This document shows, in pieces, positions 18,301 to 28,994 of a stretch of 64,000 bases of DNA. Where the stretch lies: positions 32,001 to 96,000 of the forward strand of contig JAEOTZ010000018.1 in assembly GCA_016839585.1 (NCBI GenBank), given 5' to 3'. This stretch comes from Promethearchaeota archaeon (lineage in GTDB: Archaea > Asgardarchaeota > Lokiarchaeia > Sigyniarchaeales > SOKP01). How positions within the stretch are numbered: position 1 is the stretch's first letter; each line of letters begins with the position of its first letter. The translations under genes were made by a program, and so were the position numbers. The notes beneath the pieces were generated by a model. It was not told the DNA's origin. It saw only the letters and a program-made list of their open reading frames with translations, and searched no databases.

Positions 18301-19593
18301 TTAAATGTTTCTACTTTTAGGGGGTTTAATAAAAAATGCTAAAATTGCTGCGACAATAGACATCGTTCCCATGACAACAAAAAGGATCAAATAACTTCCG
18401 AAAACTGATACAAACGCACTCACCATAGTTGCTCCTATGAATCCAGCAATACCATAGGCAGTAAATACTATTCCATAGTTAGGTCCTAGATTTTTAGTAC
18501 CAAATAAATCAGCAGTCGCTGTTGGAAATAATGAGAAGTTACCTCCAAAACAAAAATAAATAGCACATGTCATAATTAGAAAGTAAATTGCATTCTCGTT
18601 AGTTGTGAAATATAGAAACATCAAAATCGCTTGAGTAGTAAACATAATTAGCATTACTTTCTTATAAGTGATTAAATCAGATAATTGTCCCCAGACTATT
18701 CTTCCAGCTGCGTTAAATAAAGCAGCTAAACTTCCAATTAATGCGAAATCGGCAGCTCCAATGACATATATCAGATCACCTAAATCATTTTCTGATTTTG
18801 CAAAAGCAGAATAAGATCCAATCACCATTAACCCTGATATTGCACTTAATACAAATGTTGCCCATAACATCCAAAATTGAGATAACTTGACAGTTTTACT
18901 TCTTTCAAACTCAATTCCAGAAATCCCACTTTCTTCTGAAGGTGGAGGAGGATTCCATCCATCAGGTTTCCATCCATCTGGAGGATTGCTTAAAGTCATT
19001 GCGCCTCCAATAATTAAAGCAAGATAAACTATTCCTAATACAATAAACATAATTGGCATATTTTTTGAGATTTCAGAAACGAAATTTAGATCAGTTGTTT
19101 CCAAATTCTTAGGGTTTGCCAAAGCTTCTATAACATAATTAAATATAAAGGATCCAGCTCCAAATCCTGCGACTGCGATTCCATTAATTAATCCCTTTTT
19201 ATCAGGAAACCATTTATTTGCTGATGCAATAGGACAAACATAACCAAATCCGATACCTGCTCCAAAGATAATACCATAAGTAATAAATAATCCTATAAAT
19301 GTGTTCATTACTGCTGAAGTAATAACACCAATTCCAATTAAGATACCTCCAAGAATAGCTATTTTTTTGGGACCATATTTCTGTTGTAATTGCCCTGCAA
19401 ATACCATAGTAATCGCAAAAGACAATAAACCAATTCCGAAAATAAAGACCGTCAATTCCTTAACTTCCCCCAAGTAAGGGCTAACGAATATGGTAAGTGT
19501 GCCCCATGAGTAAATCGTCCCAAGAGCTAATTGGATGAGAATAGCGCCTATTACAATTATCCATCGATTTCTAACTTTTTTTTCTGTAATCAT
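18301..19593 (-). CDS. OFA family MFS transporter (oxalate/formate antiporter-like)
   Basis: GTIYSW, YVCPIASANKWFPDKKGL, FGTKNLGPNYG; 12 TM. Confidence 0.9.
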   Translation of the reverse strand: MITEKKVRNRWIIVIGAILIQLALGTIYSWGTLTIFVSPYLGEVKELTVFIFGIGLLSFAITMVFAGQLQQKYGPKKIAILGGILIGIGVITSAVMNTFIGLFITYGIIFGAGIGFGYVCPIASANKWFPDKKGLINGIAVAGFGAGSFIFNYVIEALANPKNLETTDLNFVSEISKNMPIMFIVLGIVYLALIIGGAMTLSNPPDGWKPDGWNPPPPSEESGISGIEFERSKTVKLSQFWMLWATFVLSAISGLMVIGSYSAFAKSENDLGDLIYVIGAADFALIGSLAALFNAAGRIVWGQLSDLITYKKVMLIMFTTQAILMFLYFTTNENAIYFLIMTCAIYFCFGGNFSLFPTATADLFGTKNLGPNYGIVFTAYGIAGFIGATMVSAFVSVFGSYLILFVVMGTMSIVAAILAFFIKPPKSRNI

Positions 19594-19754
19594 TGTTTTA
19601 TACTTAATTAATTTACTGTGTGTGAAAATTCTTTGAAGATTAAAAATTTTGTATTAATATTTTATTAATAATCAAACTAAATATTTTTCAAAAACAAAGG
19701 AAATCACTTTATACTTTTTTGTATTATTAATTTGAAAAAAATTAATATTAATTA

Positions 19755-21506
19755 ATGGTTAAATCTAATAATCTAAATACAAATCTATCAAAAATATTTA
19801 TTTATGAAACTATAATGAAGCGGATTGAAATTTCGAAAAAGCATTTAGTTTTGATATCCTTATTTTTATTAATTTTCATTATTGGTACAGTATTAATCTT
19901 AATAACTCCAACGGGTATAAAAATTACTTATGGGCGAACTGTAAAAACATCCGATGGCGAAACAATTTCGTTTAATGTAATTGAGCCAAAAAAAGGCGGA
20001 ACCAACAAAAAAGCTGTGATTATTGGACATGGTGTTATGTCGAATAAAGAAATGATGAAGGGTTATGCGATAGAGTTAGGCGCTGCAGGATTTGTTGCTA
20101 TACCTTTCGATTTCAGGGGACATGGGCAAAGTTCAGGTGAACTTAATAGAGATAGGTTAATATATGATATACAAGCAATCTTATCTTATGTAAATTCTAG
20201 AACAGATATCAATTCAAGTGCTCTTGGATATTTGGGATTCTCTATGGGGGGATTCCCAGGAATAGAGATTGTAAATCAATCAACAAATTTTAAGTGTTTT
20301 GTTGGAGCTGGAACAAGACTTCCAATTAATGTAAGAATCGGAAATTTTTCTGATCCATTAAATATTTTGATGATTGTAGGGCGATATGATGAAGTAATTA
20401 CAGTTGAAGAACTAAAAGAAGGATTAGCAGATCGAGTGGGCTTATCCTCTAATGATATTGATGTAAATAAATTATACGGAAGTTTTCAAGATGGAAATGC
20501 TTCAATGATTTATTTAGATGATACTACTAATCACGTTTTAGGAATTTGGGATCCTGATTTCATTAGAGAAGCAAGAAATTTTGTGATGAATACATTTCCA
20601 GATGTAAAAGCCATTGATGAGAATTTTTTTGTAAACATTAGATTTCTAATCTTTTCTCTACAGATTATAGGAGGAATTGGCTTTTTCTTTCTCATAATTC
20701 CACCTATATCTAAATTTATGCTAAAATCTAAACGTAATGACAAAATGACTATAGAAATAGAAAGTGAATCGGTGAATAGAATCATTATAAAAACGATATC
20801 TTATAGTATTGTCCTTGGTATACCAGGAGTAATGATCTTCATTCCAATCTTAATAATTTTACCTCTAGCTATAGCTGGATTTGTTTCAACACTTTTATTT
20901 GGTCAGATGTTTGGAGTATTAATTTTATTGCTTAGACTTGGAAAAAAAGAGAATTTAACCTTATTAAATATCATAAAAAGACCATTTTATAATTCAAAAG
21001 AAAAACTAGTTAAACAAATAGTATTAGGAATAATTTTTGCAGTTATTTATTATATTATTCTCTATTTATCAATTGGATTAAATTATCTAGGGATGGTTCC
21101 CACTTTAATGAAATGGTTTTGGGTACCAATATATTTTGGGATTTTCTTCTTCATACTCGTTATATTAGGATTGTTATTTCACGGTGTTATCCAAAATAAA
21201 GTAGGACCAGGTCTTCGAAACTTTATTAAAGTATCGCTAATGACTTTTGGATTTCTCTTTTTATACATGTTTAGTTATTTATTTATCCTAGCTATTATTA
21301 TGAATAGTTACTTTTATTTTGGTTCTTTTTTACCAATTGCAATTCCAATATTTCTATTAACTGCATTTAACTCAACCATTATATACCAGAAAACAGGGAA
21401 TGTTATCGCAGGTGCCATTGTAAATTCTCTTTTTATAACGCTAGTGATTTGTACATTATCACCATATCAAAATGGATTAAGCTTTATTTTGGGATTTTTT
21501 CAATAA
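19755..21506 (+). CDS. Membrane-bound alpha/beta hydrolase
   Basis: N-terminal TM, IGHG, DFRGHGQS, GFSMGG, then about 8 TM helices. Start may be the later ATG (MKRIEI). Confidence 0.8.
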   Translation: MVKSNNLNTNLSKIFIYETIMKRIEISKKHLVLISLFLLIFIIGTVLILITPTGIKITYGRTVKTSDGETISFNVIEPKKGGTNKKAVIIGHGVMSNKEMMKGYAIELGAAGFVAIPFDFRGHGQSSGELNRDRLIYDIQAILSYVNSRTDINSSALGYLGFSMGGFPGIEIVNQSTNFKCFVGAGTRLPINVRIGNFSDPLNILMIVGRYDEVITVEELKEGLADRVGLSSNDIDVNKLYGSFQDGNASMIYLDDTTNHVLGIWDPDFIREARNFVMNTFPDVKAIDENFFVNIRFLIFSLQIIGGIGFFFLIIPPISKFMLKSKRNDKMTIEIESESVNRIIIKTISYSIVLGIPGVMIFIPILIILPLAIAGFVSTLLFGQMFGVLILLLRLGKKENLTLLNIIKRPFYNSKEKLVKQIVLGIIFAVIYYIILYLSIGLNYLGMVPTLMKWFWVPIYFGIFFFILVILGLLFHGVIQNKVGPGLRNFIKVSLMTFGFLFLYMFSYLFILAIIMNSYFYFGSFLPIAIPIFLLTAFNSTIIYQKTGNVIAGAIVNSLFITLVICTLSPYQNGLSFILGFFQ

Positions 21507-21602
21507 TTAAAATTCTTTTTTTTTCAAAAACATAATTTTTTAGTTTAGGCTTAAAATTATAAAAATAATTATCTTACTAAATCGTGGATCAATAAAATTT
21601 AA

Positions 21603-22670
21603 TTGACAGAAATTGAGAATTTAATAAATATGTCTCAAGATCAAATATTATGTATTTCGTATTTTGACCATGTTATAGGTCCAAATACATTATATTGTAG
21701 CGAACAACAATTAAACTCAATAGAAACCCCTGATTTAGGGAGAATTCTTGAATTTAATGAAGAACCGGGAACATTCATATTTGCTTATCGAAAGTATCAG
21801 ACTGTAAATCATATCTTTTATATTGACTCTAAATTGGCTCGAGGAGGCAAGGATCTTATGATGATCTCATATCTTATTAGGACAGCTATTTTTAAAGATG
21901 AAATAGTAGATGTTTTTAAATATTTAGATTCAAAAGCACCTATATTGGAAGAATTTGCTTCTGAAATCAAAAAACTAAAAGAAATTTCAAGGTTATTACA
22001 TGTTGAGAAAAGTGCAGTTTCAAGTGAGAGTATTCTTGATCTAGCCAATGATACATTGAAAAAAGAATTTTTAAGAATATTTAATAATTATTATAGAAAG
22101 TTAACTCCAAGATTCCAATTTGAACCTCCATTAAAGGGCAAGCAATATATTAAAAAAATCTTTATAATTGGGGCTCCAAAGGCAGGAAAAAGTACTTTTT
22201 TAAAAAATATTGAATTAATTCAATTTTTAAATATAAAAAACAACGATATAACCACACGGTTTCTTGAAGTTTTAATCGAGAATTTAGAAATTTTACATTA
22301 TGATGACGTCAAAAAGGAATTCAAATGTAAATTTTTTGATAATTTTGATGACTGTATTAAAAATGCTCAAGGATTTATTGTACTAGCAAATATTACAGAT
22401 AAAAGATCAATAGATATAACAAAGAAGCTTTTTAATATCATTAAAGATAAATGTACAGAATTAATAAATGAAAAAATACCACCCGTTTTAATAGTTGGTA
22501 ATAAATTTAAGAATAAAGAAAAGTACAATATCGAATATATTTTCCAAATTTTTAAATTAAAAGATTTGCAGCAAAAGGGTGTGAAAGTTAAATATCAGCC
22601 GCTAAATGTAATGACCGACGATGATGAGGTTATGAAAGCACTACGATGGCTAATAAAAAGCTTATTATAA
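21603..22670 (+). CDS. Longin/uDENN-like domain fused to Ras-like small GTPase domain (degenerate G3/G4)
   Basis: N-terminal LCISYFDHVIGP motif; IGAPKAGKST P-loop; AQGFIVL; PVLIVGNKF. Confidence 0.7.
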   Translation: MTEIENLINMSQDQILCISYFDHVIGPNTLYCSEQQLNSIETPDLGRILEFNEEPGTFIFAYRKYQTVNHIFYIDSKLARGGKDLMMISYLIRTAIFKDEIVDVFKYLDSKAPILEEFASEIKKLKEISRLLHVEKSAVSSESILDLANDTLKKEFLRIFNNYYRKLTPRFQFEPPLKGKQYIKKIFIIGAPKAGKSTFLKNIELIQFLNIKNNDITTRFLEVLIENLEILHYDDVKKEFKCKFFDNFDDCIKNAQGFIVLANITDKRSIDITKKLFNIIKDKCTELINEKIPPVLIVGNKFKNKEKYNIEYIFQIFKLKDLQQKGVKVKYQPLNVMTDDDEVMKALRWLIKSLL

Positions 22671-22802
22671 AATCTTAATGATTTTTGTTGTTTCAAAATC
22701 CAGAGATATGCCCTAACAAATCTTATAAATCATTAAGAATATAATAAATAAAAATAGATCGTTATTCATAAATTAAATATCAAGTGAATAATAGTTAGAA
22801 AA

Positions 22803-23153
22803 ATGGCACTAAAAGGAATTTTATGGAGTATAGTTTTTTTCCTTACAGCAGCTATATATAGTGCAATCCCTACATACTTAATTGTTAGATATTGGGCATG
22901 GTTAAATACATTTCCAATATATACTCTATCCCTACTGATGTTATTTTTATGGATAGTCAGTTTAATTGTAGTATTAATTTACATTGTTGCTATGATTCGA
23001 GCAATTATTCAGAGAAAGAACGAAGAGGGCCTAGGTATTCCTAAAGGTGTAAAAGGTTTTGGATTAGTTTCTACAGCAATAGCACTGTTGTTTATGTTAG
23101 TTTGGTTTATTATTTTTGATCAAATTGCTTTTTTTGTAATGGCTCCTCCTTAA
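22803..23153 (+). CDS. Small membrane protein (3 TM), unknown function
   Basis: 116 aa, three hydrophobic stretches. Confidence 0.7.
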   Translation: MALKGILWSIVFFLTAAIYSAIPTYLIVRYWAWLNTFPIYTLSLLMLFLWIVSLIVVLIYIVAMIRAIIQRKNEEGLGIPKGVKGFGLVSTAIALLFMLVWFIIFDQIAFFVMAPP

Positions 23154-23190
23154 TTTATTCTTCATATTTAAAATTAGCTTTTTATAAAGT

Positions 23191-24366
23191 TTAAAAATTT
23201 AGAGGATATTGCCCAAATTCGCGAGTAGCTTCGACCATCCATCTTAAATTTTGTACTTTTACAGCAGGATGCATATTGGCAGCAGAAATAATAAACCCCC
23301 CTCCTGGTCCTGCTGTTTTAATGGCATATTTTACAGCATCATAAACCTCATCTTTGGTTCCATATACAAGAACATGTGCTACATCTATATTACCCATAAG
23401 ACAAAGCTTATGACCTACTTTCTTTTTAACCAAAGCTAAATCAACTCCGGCAGTAGGTTCAAGACTTTGAAGACCATCAAAACCACAATCAACTATAAAA
23501 TCTAATAATGGTGTAATTTGACCATCAGTATGAAGAACTATTTTTTGTCCTCTTTCATGAACAGCATCAGTAATAATCCTATAAGCAGGTAATAATACCT
23601 CATAAAATTTCTTTGGACTCATCATTGGACCCGTATGATAAGCCAAGTCACCAGATTCAATAAATAATTCTGTTCCAACCTCTATATAGCTTCTATAACA
23701 AGCAGCAGTGAATTCAGCTATTACTTCATGAACCTCTTTTATGAATCTTGGATTTTTATGAAGCATCTTTGAATAATAAGTCATCCCCATTCCTTGGCTT
23801 GCACTTTCAAAAACACCTGCTAAATCATTTGTAACTGCTACAAATATTTTATCTTTATGTTTTTTATTTATACGGCGATAAAATTTCTTGACCATTTTTG
23901 TGTATTTCTCGGTTATAGGTCCCTCTAAATTTTCTTTTGTTTCTTTCCATTTCTCAAGGGAATTCATAGTACCATATAAATAGTAAGGGTTAAAATTCCC
24001 CTCATTATTACGAGCTTCCCAGACTCGTCCAAATATATCTTTCATTAAGTTTCTTTCATCAGAAGACTCATCAATAAATTCGACAGGTACTATGCCCACT
24101 TGCATACAATCGAGCCCAATCTCGGCTGCAGCTTCCACACATCGAGAAAAAATTGATGTTTCTACGGATTCAACTAATTTACTGATTTCTTCTGCCCAAT
24201 TATCAGGATGATCATGTTTAACTTGATCTAATGTATCAAAATCAGTTATTTGAGGTTTTCCAAGAATTTCATCTACATTATTAGCATCAATGAGAATAGT
24301 ATGGCATGGGACGCAATCTGGTTCATCTAAATTTAAAGCTGTGAGTACTCGTTCTCTACAATTCAT
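23191..24366 (-). CDS. Uroporphyrinogen decarboxylase/MtaA-like family protein
   Basis: MNCRERVL..L...PD, GDLAY...MMSP, LHTDG, LMGNID, GGGFIISAAN. Confidence 0.85.
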   Translation of the reverse strand: MNCRERVLTALNLDEPDCVPCHTILIDANNVDEILGKPQITDFDTLDQVKHDHPDNWAEEISKLVESVETSIFSRCVEAAAEIGLDCMQVGIVPVEFIDESSDERNLMKDIFGRVWEARNNEGNFNPYYLYGTMNSLEKWKETKENLEGPITEKYTKMVKKFYRRINKKHKDKIFVAVTNDLAGVFESASQGMGMTYYSKMLHKNPRFIKEVHEVIAEFTAACYRSYIEVGTELFIESGDLAYHTGPMMSPKKFYEVLLPAYRIITDAVHERGQKIVLHTDGQITPLLDFIVDCGFDGLQSLEPTAGVDLALVKKKVGHKLCLMGNIDVAHVLVYGTKDEVYDAVKYAIKTAGPGGGFIISAANMHPAVKVQNLRWMVEATREFGQYPLNF

Positions 24367-24424
24367 ATTTTACAATATTTTTTCTATTTAATTGAAAATT
24401 TATGTTTAAAATTATAAAAAATTT

Positions 24425-25639
24425 TCATTTCGTTAATATTTTTAGAAATCTGACAAAAATGTTAGGTTTTTTTAATATAAATTTTATAAAGAAAGAAAGA
24501 AATAATGGATTTTTTATTAGTTTAGTTAATAAGCCTTTTGGAAAATCCATATCCCCATAAATAGAGATTAAATGTTCAATTTTACTAGTTTTAATCATTT
24601 GGAACATTTTTTCATAATCATAATTTGTAAATAATTCTAATACAGTTCTTATAAGATAATGAATCTTTAGTTGTTTTCCTATAGTAGATCGACTAGGTCT
24701 TTCATAAAACCTTCTAATAAAACTACTTGAAAAATTATTCATGTTAAAACATTTTATAATACAATTTGCTGCATATTTAGCACCGGTTAATAGCATTATA
24801 ATACCTCCTCCCGTCGTTGCTTTAACTTGACAAGCTGAATCTCCTAAGAGCAAGACATTATCGAATGCTGATTTATTCAATATACCATATGGAATAATTC
24901 CTCCTTGATGCTCAATTGCCTTTAAGGAGTCAATTTTTAACTTTTTCAAAAAGATACGAAAATTTCTGGCAACATTTTTAGCAGATGCGAGCCCTATACG
25001 ACAAATATTATTGAAACCCTCAGGGATAATCCATCCAAATAATTCTTTCCATCGAGGGTCAAAATACATTACAACCTCATCATCTCTAAAATTACCTTGA
25101 ATCCGAATTTGAGTAGCATACAGTTTATTGTACTTAATTCCCATCAGTTTTGCAACAGAAGATAGAGGTCCATCACATCCAACTAAAATTTTAGTTGTTA
25201 ATCTTCGTTTTGAAGTTTCTACTGTTATGATCTGCTTCTTTTCTTGGACTAAATATCTATATTTTAATGATTTAAATCTCTCTTCAAGATAGTAAGTAAT
25301 ATTTGGATTATCTTTAACTTTCGAATAAAATAATAGGTCTAAAGCATGGCGATCTATGATATAAGGTTGTTCATTCCCAGACAACCTTATAATTTTTCCA
25401 GAAGGAGCAACTAATTTAACTTTATCTACACGATTTTGTACAATTTCTTGAGGAAGCTCAATTAATTGAGATAATTTTTGAGAAACAATACCAGCGCATT
25501 GGACAGGCAATCCAATTTCTTTATGTTCTTCGATAACAGCTATTTTTAACTTTGTTTTAGATAATAGATAACATAAATAATTACCTGCAATACTTCCTCC
25601 TATAATACAGACATCATAATGCTCGATATTTCTATCCAT
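24425..25639 (-). CDS. Geranylgeranyl reductase family flavoprotein
   Basis: IIGGSIAG, IGLPVQCAG, VGCDG, GWIIP, LLGDSACQVKATTGGGI. Confidence 0.88.
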   Translation of the reverse strand: MDRNIEHYDVCIIGGSIAGNYLCYLLSKTKLKIAVIEEHKEIGLPVQCAGIVSQKLSQLIELPQEIVQNRVDKVKLVAPSGKIIRLSGNEQPYIIDRHALDLLFYSKVKDNPNITYYLEERFKSLKYRYLVQEKKQIITVETSKRRLTTKILVGCDGPLSSVAKLMGIKYNKLYATQIRIQGNFRDDEVVMYFDPRWKELFGWIIPEGFNNICRIGLASAKNVARNFRIFLKKLKIDSLKAIEHQGGIIPYGILNKSAFDNVLLLGDSACQVKATTGGGIIMLLTGAKYAANCIIKCFNMNNFSSSFIRRFYERPSRSTIGKQLKIHYLIRTVLELFTNYDYEKMFQMIKTSKIEHLISIYGDMDFPKGLLTKLIKNPLFLSFFIKFILKKPNIFVRFLKILTK

Positions 25640-25691
25640 TATGAAAGAATAAAGAAGATTAGTAATTAGAAGTTTTTGGAAAAATAATTAA

Positions 25692-26678
25692 TTACTCTTT
25701 CCTATAACCTAGATCCATCATCATGCCATAAACTATACCTAAAGCAATGCTATTAAAAACAGGGTTATGATCAGCAGTTAGATCTGTTCTTTCAGTTAGA
25801 ATAGGTATTATCTTATTAACAATATATTTAGTATCAGGTTTTTCTTCATAGAATTTTATTATTAATTTTCTAAATTTTTTCATAAAGGATTCATGTTCTA
25901 ATAAAATTTCTTTTATATTTTTTTCTCCATTAACGATTCCAAAATGACCAAAACCTGCTATTAAGGGTTGAAGTTTCTTAAGATTTTCAATTGAATTCAT
26001 ATAGTCTTTATGATTATAATATACTGGCATTGATACTGGCATCGTTACTAATTTCGTAGTGTGATACAACGTCCCTACAGCTTCTCCAAAAAATAGAAAT
26101 TCAATTATATTATTCCTTATTAACATAGAAGATTGGTGGTCAGGAGTATGTCCTGGAGTTTTTAAAATTACTAATTTTATTTCTGATCCATTTTTATAAA
26201 ATGTATCAACAATATCAAAATCGGCATTAAAAATTAGATTTGGTTCTATGATTTTGAAAGCTTTATTTTCGATTGGTTTCATATCACCAACAAGATTTCC
26301 ATAAGTACGTCTTGCTCGATCTAAATGGCTTTCATAGTTATTTAGTAATTCTTTAGTTTGTTGATTTGTAATAATTTTAACGTCTTGATTATGTTTTTTT
26401 ATCTCTTCATATAATTTCCATAAACCACCATTATGATCAAAATGATGATGAGATGTAATAAGATACTTTATTGAAGATAAGGGAATTTTATGATTTTTAA
26501 GGTATCTTAGAGTTTTTTTAACATCTAATGATGAACCACAATCAAATAAGATTGAACAGTCATCGAATACTCCAAGATACAGGGACAGCATTCGAGTTGT
26601 TCCATATGCTCTCACATCAATTTGATGAAGATAATCACTTACCTTTCCGGATGTGGTAGTGATTAATTCTTGAACCAT
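25692..26678 (-). CDS. Metallo-beta-lactamase-fold hydrolase
   Basis: SHHHFDHNGG, TPGHTPDH, FGHFG. Confidence 0.88.
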   Translation of the reverse strand: MVQELITTTSGKVSDYLHQIDVRAYGTTRMLSLYLGVFDDCSILFDCGSSLDVKKTLRYLKNHKIPLSSIKYLITSHHHFDHNGGLWKLYEEIKKHNQDVKIITNQQTKELLNNYESHLDRARRTYGNLVGDMKPIENKAFKIIEPNLIFNADFDIVDTFYKNGSEIKLVILKTPGHTPDHQSSMLIRNNIIEFLFFGEAVGTLYHTTKLVTMPVSMPVYYNHKDYMNSIENLKKLQPLIAGFGHFGIVNGEKNIKEILLEHESFMKKFRKLIIKFYEEKPDTKYIVNKIIPILTERTDLTADHNPVFNSIALGIVYGMMMDLGYRKE

Positions 26679-26773
26679 AGATAGACTAATTAAAAATAGA
26701 ATAAGAATGATTTTGTTATAATATAAAATTGACTAAGATGATAAAAGTAAAAATTTTTTTTAGAAATATAGAT

Positions 26774-28963
26774 TTAAAGACTAAGCTTTTCTTTCCATGA
26801 CTTCATTGATAACTTTAATTCTTCTCTTTCAGGTCGACTGAGTAATTCAATATTTTTTTTGAGTTCAGTACTAACATTGTGGATGCTTTTTAAAATGCTA
26901 TTATATCCTTCTATTTTAACATATTCACTTTGAAATCTTTCTAGAGTAGATGAAATTTCAATTCCTGTCATTTTATCTAAATTATTGATGATATCATTAA
27001 ATTGTTTTGAAATAAAAGATGGTTTTTTCTCTTCTGGTTCTGCTTTTGCTGGAAGAGGAGCCTCTTTAGCTAGTTTAGACATAATTTTAGGTTCATGAAT
27101 AACCGGTTCTAATTGTGTCTCCTCTTTTGAGAGTGAACTTTTAATGGATCGCATAATTTCTTTTCTTGCAGAAACCCACGCATCTTCAAGGACAGGAACA
27201 AAAATTTTAATATGTTCTTCAATTATACTTCCAATTCCTGCAATTTCAGTTATAGTTTCTCCTCGAAACTCAGTTTTAGAAAGTACACATAGGATTACTT
27301 CTTCATAATCCCTGTTTATTCCCCATAAATTTTGTAATGTGCGGTTTCTGTAATCAACGTTATCCATTTTATCGAATTCTCGTAAGATTGCTTCATGTAC
27401 CGGTGATGTTGGGTCAATATAAGAAGCGATTCTAAAATTTATTCTAGAAGGTCGTGCTTTTATAGCATCAATATCAACGTCAGTGATTTGAGGTGCAACT
27501 ATTAAAACTCGCATTTTAGCTTTTGCAATTTCATCATTAATATGAGCTTTAGCACTTTCCATAGACCGGATAAACCAAATATCCTTCATAGTAAACAATG
27601 AACCCCTTTTTGCTTGATCCCAGAACTCCTTGGTAGTTATCTCGCTAATTTCCAATCTTTTTAATATATCCTCTAATGTGTTATTTAAAGTATCTACAAT
27701 TTCTCTTGAAAAAACGTCTTTTATATTACCAAATGATTGAAAAATTCCGCCAGAAATGCCGCTTATTTTTTCTTCTGCCATTTTAACAGCTTTATCGAAA
27801 TTTTCACTCATTTCTGAAAATATCTTATCCGTATCTTCACCAGACTTAGCAGTAATCCCCTTAATATTTTTCACTGCGTCTTCAATTGTTTTTTTTAAGT
27901 TTGAAATAATTTCAGTGTCTAATCCTTGAGTTGCTTTTTTCAATTCATCTACAAAAACAGTTTGACTTACACTTAATTGTATATTAATATTATCTGTTAT
28001 TTCTTTTAATCGATTTGCTATTATTTTTTCAATTACATCAACCACAGTTTGCTGGAGTACACCCAAACGTAATTTTCGCAAATTTTCAGCTATTATTTCT
28101 TTTAGTTCTTCAAATTGATCTTTTAATGCATCAAGTTGATTGTTAATAATTTGAGACGTTTTTGTATTAAGATTTTCAAATTGTTTAGTTAGATCTCCAA
28201 TTTGTTCTTCCGAAATAGTTTTTGCAAAATCACCAAGACTACTTACATCCACTGATATATTTCTAATTTTATCAATTGCCGCAACGGTATCATCAAATTC
28301 TTGTTTTTGAGCATGGATTTGATCTATCATCTTTTGTTTTAAATTACCAATGAGTTCACCAGAGTCTTTAAGTTTCTCCATATCTTTAGCTTCAGACTCT
28401 AGCTGAGTGAAAGCTTTATCCAATTGAGTTGGTAATTTTGATTTTATATTTGAAATGAAGTCATAAAAGCTTCTTAATTGAGCAACTAAAGCAGCATAAG
28501 GTGGTAACGCGGCATAATGTGGTGTAGCACCAATAATTTCTTTAAATAATCCCTTTTCAACAAATTTATCTGCAATTTTTTTACAATCCTCTTTAGGTTT
28601 ACTTATTAAAAGTGCCATTTCACCTAGAGAAACAGCTTCTCTTCCAGTTGTTCGAAAGTATAATTCTATTTCTTCATCATTTAAATCAATCTCACTTAAT
28701 ACTTGTCTTGTTAATTCTTCTGAATATACAACTTCCTCTTCTTTTCTCACAACATCTTTAATTTCGAAGTTTTCTACTTCTAAATATTGATTAATGAAGA
28801 CTATTAATTTATGAGGAGGATCACCATGAACATATTCCTTCTTAATAGGGAATTTTTTGACTTCCTTATACTCATCTTTTGATATTTTGAACTTAATTTC
28901 TTTTAAACATATTTTACAACTAACTGGAATATCAATTTCATCTTTTTCCTTAAACAGATACAT
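26774..28963 (-). CDS. TrmB-like multidomain protein: CxxC/HxxxxH domain, winged HTH, long helical/coiled-coil insert, TrmB/PLD-like effector domain
   Basis: CKIC...HGDPPH; LNDEEIELY...FVEKGLF...YAALPP (TrmB-type HTH); about 300 aa heptad-rich; DIWFIRS...INDEIAKAKMRVLIVAP. Confidence 0.55.
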   Translation of the reverse strand: MYLFKEKDEIDIPVSCKICLKEIKFKISKDEYKEVKKFPIKKEYVHGDPPHKLIVFINQYLEVENFEIKDVVRKEEEVVYSEELTRQVLSEIDLNDEEIELYFRTTGREAVSLGEMALLISKPKEDCKKIADKFVEKGLFKEIIGATPHYAALPPYAALVAQLRSFYDFISNIKSKLPTQLDKAFTQLESEAKDMEKLKDSGELIGNLKQKMIDQIHAQKQEFDDTVAAIDKIRNISVDVSSLGDFAKTISEEQIGDLTKQFENLNTKTSQIINNQLDALKDQFEELKEIIAENLRKLRLGVLQQTVVDVIEKIIANRLKEITDNINIQLSVSQTVFVDELKKATQGLDTEIISNLKKTIEDAVKNIKGITAKSGEDTDKIFSEMSENFDKAVKMAEEKISGISGGIFQSFGNIKDVFSREIVDTLNNTLEDILKRLEISEITTKEFWDQAKRGSLFTMKDIWFIRSMESAKAHINDEIAKAKMRVLIVAPQITDVDIDAIKARPSRINFRIASYIDPTSPVHEAILREFDKMDNVDYRNRTLQNLWGINRDYEEVILCVLSKTEFRGETITEIAGIGSIIEEHIKIFVPVLEDAWVSARKEIMRSIKSSLSKEETQLEPVIHEPKIMSKLAKEAPLPAKAEPEEKKPSFISKQFNDIINNLDKMTGIEISSTLERFQSEYVKIEGYNSILKSIHNVSTELKKNIELLSRPEREELKLSMKSWKEKLSL

Positions 28964-28994
28964 CTTTTAATATCATCTCTTTTATTAAATTAAT

